DNA from: Oikopleura dioica
Taxonomy: Eukaryota > Animalia > Chordata
Assembly (NCBI GenBank): GCA_907165135.1
Contig: OU015568.1
Location: forward strand, 13,826,001 to 13,890,000
Length of the DNA stretch: 64,000 bases
Direction of reading: 5' to 3'
Of the stretch, positions 1-10,942 are shown piece after piece; positions within the stretch are counted from its first letter, which is position 1; every line of letters starts with the position of its first letter. The translations under genes and the position numbers were made by a program. The notes under the pieces are model-generated. The model was not told the DNA's origin, ran no database searches, and saw nothing but the letters and a program-made list of their open reading frames with translations.

Positions 1-84
1 AAAGATTAAACCAATTCAAAGATTAATCGTTATTGAAAGACGTTTATTCTTCAAACATCCGAGAACAATGTCAAGAACATGTAA

Positions 85-839
85 TTACGAGCAGCCGAGC
101 GACTGATGATGCTCGGGAGAGTACTGTACATGCGGACAGCCTCGGCAAGAGCGGAACTGGACTATGGCTCGGCAATAGCGACCGTTGGCTTCATAGTTGA
201 TCTTGCATTCGTGGACGTTGTATCCGCCGAGCATCATCTCGGAGTGGGTTTGGCGGCAGTGGACGCTGTTGACATCTTAACAAAAATTACTGATTTTCTG
301 GACGCTAAGGTGTCTCTCACGGATTTCAGTATTTGGGCCGACACCGATTTCAGGGTGTTTTAGCGCAAGAATCCACTTGGAATCGTTGACGGTCGCCCAG
401 CCATTGTTCGGGAGGAGAATGACTTGATCTTGAGGAACTGATGGTGGTCGCCCATTGTCCTCGGGTAGCACCGGCAAGTTGTTAGAAGGGCTTCCGTTGA
501 AACAGTCCCGGAGGGCGCCAGCTCTTGCAGCTGCATTCAGACCGGCAGGGATGTAATTTTTGCAGTCAAAGTATTTTCTCTAGGAAAATAAAGCTTTTCA
601 TTGAAATTTTTATAGCTCCTTACCAAAAGAGGTCCAGAAACGGCCAAGTTGTCATAAACCTCGTGAAATTCAGTCGCATCACATGATTCTTCGAAGCATT
701 CTCGTTCCAAGTTTCCTGCTTTCCACTCTTCGAATCGGGTGTTGGCCCGTCGAACTCTCAAGAACTCAGAAGCAGTCTCTTTTGAAACAGCAAGGGCAGA
801 TGCTCCGGCAACGAGAGCAAAACTTCCAAAAAGCTTCAT
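85..839 (-). CDS. Secreted vitamin K-dependent Gla-domain protein with unrecognised Cys-rich C-terminal region (3 exons)
   Basis: Signal peptide MKLFGSFALVAGASA, propeptide ending RVRR, Gla motif ANTRFEEWKAGNLERECFEESC. Two GT-AG introns give a continuous frame ending ...HHQSLGCS* at 85. Confidence 0.85.
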
Positions 840-1088
840 TTTCGAAGTTATTTCTTGCCAGATCTATGAGGATCTTGAAGATATGAATGACTGTTTATTT
901 ACTCATGCTCAAGGTCAGCTTGAAGGCAAATAAATACATCAATGACAACAAGTGCAAGTTCATTTGTTGATTGTTTATTATAAAAATATATGTTTAACTC
1001 GTTTTCAAAAAAGATCTAGATTTGTAGGGATTTTCAACGTTCAATATTTCCAGCCGAAATTTTGGACGACGAAAGTCTTTACAAAATT

Positions 1089-3735
1089 CTAGAGCGTTTT
1101 TGAAAATCGACATCTGCCTTTTATACGGAGAAGTATGCGAGGTTTTTGTTGAACAGATGGGTGACTTTACAAAGACTCGACAGAGTTGTCGAAAACGACC
1201 GCAACGATCTTCTCCATCTTCTCCATTTCTTGCTCGGGCACAACGGGCAGGGGCGTTGGGTCCTTCTTTGACTTTTTTGGCCGCTTTCGTAAGTTCGGCG
1301 ACATTTTCAAGCTAAAATATCTTTCAACAGTAGATTTGAAAAGCCTATCTTACATTGTTGAGTTTCCTCGGGAGTCACCAATCAGACAAACTGGGAATTC
1401 GGGGTTGAACTCAAGTCTGGTTATCTTTGTTTTCTTCTTTTGTACGACTACTTGTTCACAAAGAGGCTTAAATTATCACATTATATTTGATCATTTTTTT
1501 TCCAAAAACCTGATATTTATTGATATTGAGATCATAGACGAAGCATTTCCCGTCCGAAGTCACAGCGCCAAAGGCGGTGGATGAGAAGATTGACCACGAG
1601 ATATCTCCAACAGGGCTTTGAAGATCGAACGAAAACAGAGCTATTTGACTGTTTTGACTCCAGACTTTGACGTGCCAGTCGTCAGAGGAAGACAAGAAGA
1701 TGTCTTTGTGGAATGGGTTCCACTTGATAGAGCTGACAGCCATGCTGTGGGCTTTCCAGCGACCTAAGTATTGAGAAGAATAGGCGGTGGAACACTTGTA
1801 GATTATTCCCTCTTCAGAACCGACAAGGAAAACCGGACTTTTATCGGAATGGAAGGCAATCGCAGTGCCACAAGCCTGTAATTACAACTATTTGTTTCTA
1901 TAGAAATCAAGTCGATCTACCTTAGCACCTTCTGCAAGCTCATCATCAAACAGGGTGATAACCTCCTTAGTTTCTCCACTCTTTGGATCCCAGCACTTTA
2001 CAGTTCCATCAGATGAGACGGAGCAAAACTGATCGCTTTGCCATTTGATAGCCCACACAGGATCCACGTGTCTTTCCGCCGTTTTACAGCGGTATATTTC
2101 CTCCTTTTTCAATAAATTGAAAACAGCAACAGAGCCATCGTAAAGGCCGACTGCGACGAGGTGGCTACGCTCTCTACTGATGTCCAAGCACATAACACCG
2201 ACGTCGGTTTCGAAGATAAATCCTTAATAATTTGTCAAACTATAATTTGAAATATTTTTCACCTGGATAGGAAGGATTTTTGAGCGAATAAAAGAGAAGA
2301 TATCCGATGCCCTGCCTTGCGTAATCATAACTTCCAAGTCCAACTGCAAACAAGTCGTGGTACCTTTTGCTCCATTGAGTCGAAGTAACCGAGAGTTTCT
2401 TCGCCTGCGCAAAGTTGTAAATCCAGAGCGGAAGAAGAGTTCCTTCTCCATCGCGGTACTCGTCAGACTCGTCTTCGAAAAATCGGAAATCATCGGCAAT
2501 ATCGAGATGTGTGTTTTGATTGACGATTCGTTCCATTATAGCGAGGGACTTTTCCAACGAGGAAGATTGCACCGGAGTTGATTCCTTAGGGGCGTCTTTT
2601 TTGTCCTTGTTGGTTTTCTCTTTCTCAGCTACTCGACGGGCAAGCTCGGCTTTGTATGCATCGTAGATGACGTGTCTTTTTATCTGTTAGTATCTACCTG
2701 ATTTTTTCTACTTACTGGTTGATGGTGACCGAAATATTTTCCCGTTTCGGGGGCTCAGTCTGTACATCTCGCTCACGCTGCAGCTGGGTTACTGTTTGAG
2801 CAGACCTCTCCCCAAAATTGAACTGGTTTCTGACAGGTTTTTCAGCCTCTGTTTTATGATGAGATGCCCTTGATTCTGCTTCACTCGAATGATCTTCTAA
2901 AAATCCAATGAATTCAACTTTTAATTTTTTTTTTTGAAGATGATGAAGTATTTATCCACATGCATGAATTGGATGAAACGAGTACTCATAAATGAGATGA
3001 CGAGATACAATTCACGACATTAATCGTTTGTTACTCTTTTTCAGCAAAAATTGAAGTCTTTTCCATAATTTAACGCCTGAAGAAATTCAAAGATCGCCAA
3101 AACTAATTAATTACCGACTGGTTCGATGGCCTTCGTTGGTCCGTATTTAGCTTCATCAGAGTCGACATGAATGAGGTTTCCTTTCAGATTGAAGTGCACT
3201 GCGAGTTGATCGACATGAGATTCCTTTTTGAATTCATTTGCAGCGAAATCGAACCGGATGATGTTGTCTAAAGAATTTTTACGATTTTCGAGCTAGTTGT
3301 ATGAGTACCGGGTGCTTGTGGGTTGTTCGCGGTCAGAATTCGGGTGTGTTCTTCTTTCAGTTCCTTTTCAGAAAGCTCGAGTTGGTCTGGGGGTTTCATT
3401 ACGACATTTCCCTTCATTAGATCGTCGCCATACGTGGATTGGAATCCCATTGTGGACTGGTTGTCGCGTCCATGTCTAATCGTACTCCTCGTTTCATCGC
3501 TTATAATCCAAAATTTTAATTTGGGAAAATAAAAGCATTTTTATAATACGGAAATAAATTATTAGTAAAATTTTCTAACTAAACATGAAAATGAACTCGT
3601 ACCTCAGGATTTTCGGGGAACTTCATAAAAAATATTATTTTATCCTAATTTTGGTACTCTTTTATACCTTTGAGTAGTTCCAGCATTTTTACTCTTCACT
3701 GGGGCTTTCTTTGTTTCTCTATTTTTCGGCGGCAT
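1089..3735 (-). CDS. DNAI1: Axonemal dynein intermediate chain 1 (WD40), multi-exon
   Basis: Motifs NQFNFWERSAQT, DDFRFFEDESDEYRDGEGTLLPLW, LFAVGLGSYD, WD40 repeats (WNPFHKDIFLSSSDDWHVKVW), C-terminal LKMSPNLRK. ATG MPPKNRETKK at 3735. Confidence 0.9.
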
Positions 3736-3909
3736 TTTAGACTACGACTGAAATCTCTCACTCTCGATGATTTCCAGTAGAAGTATTTTTTCAAACAAAA
3801 ATGACGAACTGCGCTCGCGTTTCTATGGAAACTGCTTCCTGCATTGAGCGTGTTCCGTCGATATTTTTATTCATAGATCCGATAAGATGCCTTTTCAGTT
3901 GGAATTTAT

Positions 3910-4733
3910 TTATCCCATAGTTTCAAGCTGATCAGGGGTCAGACAATCTGGGGGATGAGATGAATCGAATGCTGATTTTGTACAGGGGCTTTCAGCTATA
4001 AATGAATGGACGGTAGCATCGAAGATTCTCCGAAGTCTTTTTTGTTCCATATTTCCTTCTGCAATTCCCGTAGCGTTGAGCCTTTCTATAAGGCATTTAT
4101 GTCTGACAATTCCAGGTTTTACTAGCGCAGTTTCGCTTCTTTGACAATCGTCAGAAACACCGGCGAAAACATCATTACGAGTTTTCCTAAATAAATTAAC
4201 GAAACGATAAATTGAAATTGACCAACGCTGAAAGGCACTGTTCTCTTTCTGATAATCGTATGCAGTCGAGATGCTTTACATCCATCATGAGTCTGAGGGA
4301 TTTACCAGCCATGCATCCCCCATCACAGCCGAGGGTTATCATTTTGCAAATAACTTTTTGGGCTTTCTTCTTTCCGGTTTTTATATATTTTTATAAGATT
4401 ATTGATTATCGAAAACATGCCTGTTAGTTGTTCATAATTTTCAATATCATTCGCTTGGGATAAAAATATCTTCTGACATAAAGCACAGTATTCGATTCTT
4501 TTTGAAGGCCTGCAAAGATGTGTTTTTGAAAGAGGAGCCTGAAAGCTCATCTAAGCTAGAGATAAAGACTTTTCATACCTGAGAACAAAGATTTATCAGA
4601 AAAAATAAAGAGAAATGAATAAAACCCTCATTCTCTGACTTTATACGAATTTTGGCAATCGTTTGAGTAAGCTCTTTAGTCACGCTCTTCTGATGAGATT
4701 TTCACCTCGCTGCGAGGTAGAACCTTGAGACAT
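3910..4733 (-). CDS. Uncharacterised multi-exon protein, boundaries uncertain
   Basis: Several short open segments (..HLCRPSKRIEYCALCQKIF.., ..RIFDATVHSFIAESPC..) separated by AT-rich intron-like gaps. No family recognised. Confidence 0.35.
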
Positions 4734-4762
4734 TACCTTCTTTGGAGAATTTAGAGAGAAAA

Positions 4763-6154
4763 ATGGAACCTCCAAATTTCAAATGGGCACTGCCAAATGT
4801 CGCCATTCTTGGTCTTCCAGATCATCCGAGTGAGTTTTTTATCGAACAAAAAAATAGAAAAACTGACAAATAAGAGATGTATGAGTGGCTCTTGCAAGAG
4901 GGAATTTCGACTCTTTACTCGATTCATCCCCAAGTGCCCAAGCAAATCAAGGCTGTTCCAAAGCTTGAAAACATCCACGTCCGAAAGTATCCATACGAAC
5001 AACTGAAATGCGATGAGCTTCTCGCTTTCGTGGAAAAGATTAATGATGCCCGTCTTCGTGGCAAGAAAATCGGTAACGAAAAAAATCACTCAATGTCAAG
5101 GCAGTTTCCGGCGGGTCGCTGAACTCGCCGAGTTTGACACCACTGGCCTTTCCCAATTGACGTCACCTGTTGATTAACCTGTCCGGAGAAATTAGATACT
5201 CCGGAAGCTTAGCGTCCATTAATAATCGTGCATTAACATTCTTGCCACTTTTATTTATGAATTTCGATTTTTACGTCAAACATGTTTTTTGCAGCGTTTC
5301 ACGATGCGGATGGAACTGGCCATGCAGCTATGATTGTTGCTGCTTTTCTTCAAGTAAGAAAATTTTTTCACGGGAAATTTATTGATGTTTTTAGAAAGAA
5401 CATCCAATCCGACCAGCTGAGATTCTTGAGAAAATCCGCGAGATTCAGCCAGGCGCAGTTCCAAACTACCAACAAGAGGAAAGCGTTCTTATTTTAGCGA
5501 TTAATTTTGTTGATTTTTTTCACTTAATTTTTTGTTGATAAAAATACCTTCAGAAGGCAGAAGTATTTTTTTTGGAAAATTTGCATTTCAGATTGATCAA
5601 TTAAATAATTACCTTTCGAGACATTCCAATCTTGGTTATTGCGTTTCTATTTTTGTCCAAATAACAATAACTATAATCCTCTTAAATGCTAAATCTATAA
5701 GTGGCATGATAAAACGACTTTCACACCAAAAATTAGTCGCAACGTAATAATGGCCGCCCGTAAGTGTTAATGCATCTCGCCGCCAAAAATAGATCGGCGG
5801 GTTGCTTCTATTAGCGCGTGAATTCGCTCAGAATTTTAAACGTCCGTGCAAAAATTGCACACGCTCTGACAGGATCGACTACTCGAGCTCTACAAACATC
5901 TGACAGCTAAGAACGGATTCAACGGAACTTTCTTTCCTTTCGATTCTGCGGATGAGTTTTTCTCTGTAGATGGAAGATCGGGTCGAACTAAGAACTATTT
6001 TGTATGTCTGAATTATTTATTTCTAATCTGATTAAAATTTAAGCCTCACTCGATGTTGGTCGCTCCTGATAGATATTACCGCGATGCTCATTATTACCTT
6101 CAAGATCAAATTCAAGAGTTTGAGCCACAGTATCTTACTCCTTTTCCATACTGA
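4763..6154 (+). CDS. DUSP23-like atypical dual-specificity phosphatase, predicted catalytically dead
   Basis: MEPPNFKWALPNVAILGLP resembles the DUSP23 N-terminus (QPPNFSWVLP); EILEKIREIQPGAVPNYQQE resembles AIAEIRRLRPGSIETYEQE. The P-loop reads HDADGTGH instead of HCxxGxGR. 3' exons are less certain. Confidence 0.75.
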
Positions 6155-6668
6155 ACATTTTCAATAAATATTTTTGTAAAATGATACTCGCAATATTTTG
6201 GCTGGCAAATGCTTGTAAAGAAAAAACTTGAAAATTTTATTGAAACATTAAAAACCAATTTGTGTCGATTTTATATTTGCCAAAGAAATCAATTCATATC
6301 TTTTATTTATGAAATCAAAATCTTGCAAAAGTATCAAAAATTGCAGGAAAAAAGTATCCGGGTGAATTTGGATGAGCTTTGGCGCCTCCTCTGATTAACT
6401 CAATGTGTCCAACTTGGTTGTAACTTGTTTTAGTATGCTCTGAGCTGCCAAGATCCTTTTGATCGTTTCCGCCACAACTGTCATTTTCCTCGAAACTCGT
6501 CTCACTTCTCATTTTCGAGCTGCTTGAGCATAATCACGTGTCAATAGTCCGTCCTTTTTTATAACGAGCGAAAAGGCTGAGAGTTGACGCTTTCAGCAAA
6601 AAAAGAGAGAGACTTTTGAGAATCAGAAAGTACACTAATCGGAAGAGAAAGAGAGAGGGAGAGACAGT

Positions 6669-8397
6669 ATGATGAAAATCGTCTACGTTCTTCTCTGTGA
6701 AACAGTTTTATCTGCAAAATATGACCACAAAAAGTATTCATGGTAAGTAACAGTGCGACTTCTTTTTAATTTTAAATGACATGAACGAAGATTCGAGAGC
6801 TAAAAATTTTCTTCAGGACAAAAGTCATGGAGTACGAAGAAGTTCCTGTTCATTCTTGCAAGCACTTTGCCCCAGATATTCGAAAAAAGACCTTTTGTCA
6901 CAACTATCCAAATTTGATAAACGAGCTCGCCCTTGGATTCCGCATGGCCATGCATCAGTGCAAAGCAGAAATGTCGGATGAAAGGTATTGGCGTTTATTT
7001 TTTTCCATGATTCCAAATTATAATTTAGGTGGAATTGTCCAACCACGTCAAACCTCAGAGACCCCATCACGAAGATGGACATCAACTCTTTTGATCTGAT
7101 GCTTGGGACGGGTAAGAAACAAGTAAAATAGTTGATTCACGCGTAAGAGCAATTAGTGGCTTATTCCGTGACATGTTGATTATGTATCACCTTGTAATTA
7201 ATTGCCTGCTCAATCATCACACGTTTTATGAAGCGTAAGCGGCCATTGACACGGGCTATTTTCGGGCGGGGCTTCGAAATAATTCTGTTGACAGAACCAT
7301 TCTGTAGAAAACAGAACTATTCTGTTTCAGTAAAATCAAAGACTGGGTGTGCGCTTCGCGCCTGTTTTTCAGAAAACTCCAGAATTGAGAGTATCATGTT
7401 TTTTGACCATCGCTTTATATTTATACCGCCGCAACTACCCATTTCGGCAGCAATCATGCCCAATTAAAATTTTCTTAAAACAGAATAGTTCTGTCAAACA
7501 GAATGATTCTGTCAACAGAATTATTTCGAAGGCCGGCCCTATTTTCGCCTTCGAATTCGTACAATCTGATGATGAAAGAATCTTTTAGGAACCCGAGAAA
7601 GCGCTTTTCTCCATTCGCTTGTCTCAGCAGGTGGAGCATTTGCAATCGCTGCTGCCGAAGCTAGAGGTCAACTCAAAAAAGAACGAATTGAAAAATGCAA
7701 TATCGATGGACAATATGACGAAAATACTGACCAAAAGAAATTCTACCTGACAGAAAAGTACTCCAAATACGGCGGCTGCGTTTCCGATCACTTCTACGAA
7801 CCCGACTCATCAGGTCATATCGAAAAGATCCATCATCACAACGCACGCCAAGGCCTGAAGGTAATGAAGAGTTGAATTAATTTAAAATTGTTACGAAGAA
7901 ATTCAACGTGTGGATTATTTTGATCGAAAAGGCACTAAATTAATTCCTTTCGCTTATTTTCTTTTCAGATACTAAAAGATACAATGGTAGAGCACTGCCG
8001 CTGCCACGGTGTTTCTGGAAGCTGCCGGTTGAAAACTTGCTGGAAATCGCTGACATCGTTTGAAAAGGTTTCCGCTGCCACCTTTGAGAAATTCAAAAAA
8101 GCAAAGAGGACGAAATCCGCAAATGCCATCGAAAGTTCAAAGTACAATGACAAGCTGGTTTACTCCGAAAAAACGCCGAATAAATGCGAAAAAGACGAGA
8201 AATTCGGAATGCTTGCTTCTGAAGGTCGCGAATGTACACTCAAAGGAGCAAATAGCTGCAAGAAATTATGCTGCAAGGGAAAATACGAAGCAGTCAAAAT
8301 TAAAAGCATCGAGCAATCGAACTGCAGATTCAATTGGTGCTGCAGTGTTGAGTGCGACGAGAAACAGGTGGAAGAGACAAAGTACTACTGTATATAA
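6669..8397 (+). CDS. Wnt ligand, divergent; subfamily not assignable by eye
   Basis: Signal peptide MMKIVYVLLCETVLSA; NCP, GTRESAF, YGGC, HNARQG, CRCHGVSGSC, KTCW and CRFNWCC motifs across five GT-AG exons. Confidence 0.93.
7265..7538. mobile_element. 274-bp MITE with ~65-bp TIRs and 9-bp TSD (Mutator-like) inside a Wnt intron
   Basis: CTATTTTCG is duplicated at 7256-7264 and 7539-7547. The left arm GGCGGGGCTTCGAAATAATTCTGTTGACAGAA.. is the near reverse complement of the right arm ..TTCTGTCAACAGAATTATTTCGAAGGCCGGCC. Confidence 0.85.
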
Positions 8398-8499
8398 ACA
8401 CCAAGGGAAACATGTTACTCTGTAAATACTACTTTTAACTGTTCAGATTTTTCAATTGCAAGGTTCTTTATGTTACACCAAATACATCAGCAGATGAAA

Positions 8500-10707
8500 T
8501 CACCAAGTGTGAATTAATAACTCTGGTTCGGCATTCGGCCCATTCCAAGCGATAAAATCCGTGTACGCGTAAAAAGCAACTGGTAGTGGCTGGTCGATTT
8601 TTCGAATTTCAGTCATTTGAAGAGTCAAGTTGTCGAAATTGAAAGTTATTTCATATTGAGACATTATGATTTCAGAAGAGATCGCGTTGTCTGTTATCGC
8701 GCAATCGTGAATTTGAAGTCGTCTGAATTTAGTTTCTATTTTTCTCGTTTCAAAAAATCTTATACCCAAGTGATTCTAACGCCTTCGATCCGTAGTCCAG
8801 AGCTTGCGAAACCAACGGAAAATTGTCATCTGCCCTTTCTGAGTGGCTGCTCATCTCCCCCAAAAACACCCAGGTCTTATGGAGATAACGGTAGACTTGC
8901 ACGACTCTTGAAAAATCCCGAATTCCACGGGTCATTTCGCCAACTGCAATTAGCGTCAGTCCTTCGGAATCAGGCACGGGATAAACTCTTTCAAGTGTTT
9001 TGTCGCCCGACATGTGCTTTGAAATATGCCAGCTCCACTTGGTCCATTTGTAGGTGTTTTGAACAAGGCGCTCTCTTTCGATTTCAAGCGTTTCGAAACG
9101 CACAATTTTCTCGATTTGATATGTTTGAACAACTGAGGCTTTATTTTTATAATTGAACATTATTTTCCGCTGCCGACTGTATGAATTCAGATTTGCTTTT
9201 CGAGATAGTTCAGTAGAACACAAACAAGAGCTTATTAACTAGAAATATCCTTCCCTGAAAGATATCTTGTCAGCTGCCCTCCATATGAAAATTGAGTGTA
9301 GTACCAACACGCATCTAGTTCTTGATAAGACGAGCAAAATAATAATGCTGTCTCCTTGTTGATTTCAGTAACGGCGCAAGAAGAGAAAGTGTTAAAATTA
9401 AAAGTATTCTGGGTTCCGGTCACATGGGAGATCAATTTTAGATCATTTATCTTTCGAGGAAGGAGAAATACTTTTCCATTCGCTTTTATTCGAGTTTTAA
9501 TAATTATTTCTAAATATCTATTAATTTATCTTCTTTACTAATAGTAATTTCTATTACAAGAAATTTAAAACTCTAAGTGAAACCATGAGATAACTTCCTT
9601 TGTAAAAAGTAGCACAGCTCCCTTCAAGTGAATTTCTAGTTATTGTCGGCGCTGCAATTTCATAAGGACCTCGTCTTTCATCTAGTTCCTTATGTTGAAC
9701 CCAGATATTTATCGTCCCGCCATTATGAAAATAATTATGAGCTTTTTCTTTTGAGTTTCGAGTGACAATATCGTGTTCAATAAATTTCTTCTCACAATAA
9801 AATTGTGGACAAGGGCAGCCATTAGGACATCCAGATTCATAAGGACAGTGGTTTGTGCCCGCACCTGCTAAATGCCGACAGATGGCCCGACATTCTTCGA
9901 CTCTTTGATCATTTAAACAGAGTTCTTCGCAAAGCATGAAGCTAGAAAATTCATAGCGCTTACAGAGACGCAAATTCGTCTGTTGCTCTAATTCGGTGAA
10001 TTTTCGATTGTCAGGTTTGTTTCGTCTGCTTGTTGTTCTAATATATTCAACCTGAGGCCAGACGAAGACTTTTGAGCTCCTACAACTTTGGAATGCAGAC
10101 TGGCAATCGGAGAAGAGCATAAAATCACTAAAAACTTAATAAAATCTTGAGAAAATAAAAAATGCATTAACCTTTTTAAGCAAATTTTATAAGGCATTGT
10201 GCAAACGGTCGTCACTAAATTTGGTAGCATTGATTTTCTGAGTTTCATGACGCCGTAAAGATTTGTGATGAGAATTATAGTCAGCCAGAACGTTGTCCCA
10301 ATACCGACGTATGAAAGCATTTGCTTCCATGATTTATTGCCGCTTGAAAGTGTAGAATTGAGATTTTCAATTTGAGAATAATTATGTAACTTACTGTTTT
10401 TTGAAAAGCTTGCCATAATCATCTGGCCTGTTTTTCCAGAGTTTGGAGTTAAGCGAAACAAGATACACATGCCCTTCCACCATTGCGAGTTTTCCATCGC
10501 AACTGCATCTAATTTCTTTTAGCGCTAGAAACTTTATATTCATACTTACTCGGAGCAGCGAACCAAGGTCTTGACATCAAGTTTTTGCATTTCTTGGTAT
10601 CTCTTTTGAGCTTTTTCAAGCTCAATTTGAACCACGGTTTTACTCAGAATCGTTCTTGACCTTTTTTCAAAATACCAGACTTCAAAACCGGATATTAGGC
10701 AACTCAT
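8500..10707 (-). CDS. Multi-exon protein with Cys-rich CPxxSGCPNGCPC module followed by beta-rich (propeller-like) repeats; lineage-expanded type
   Basis: ORFs 9988-10497, 9554-10120 (ECRAICRH..HCPYESGCPNGCPCPQFYC), 9235-9435 and 8750-9223 are co-oriented and separated by short gaps. May be more than one gene. Confidence 0.6.
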
Positions 10708-10942
10708 CTACAGAAATGCACTAGTTATCAGTGCAAAGGAAAGTGAACGCTTAAATTTGCTAAACTTTACTTTCTAGCAGACTGTCTGCCACTAACGGCC
10801 AGAAATTCAGGGTGACAGCTTTAAAATCTGAATAAATATTTTACGAAATTGACGGCACTTTTTCTTCGGGGTAGCGTGTTCAAACACGAGAAAGTAGAGC
10901 GCGAGAAGACAACTGTAGAACTTGAGATTCAAAGTTCGAAAA

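Noticed and set aside
6315-6741. Minus-strand ORFs upstream of and overlapping the Wnt start; GA-rich tract at ~6640-6665
   Set aside because: No motif or coherent splice pattern; likely Wnt promoter/5' UTR sequence.
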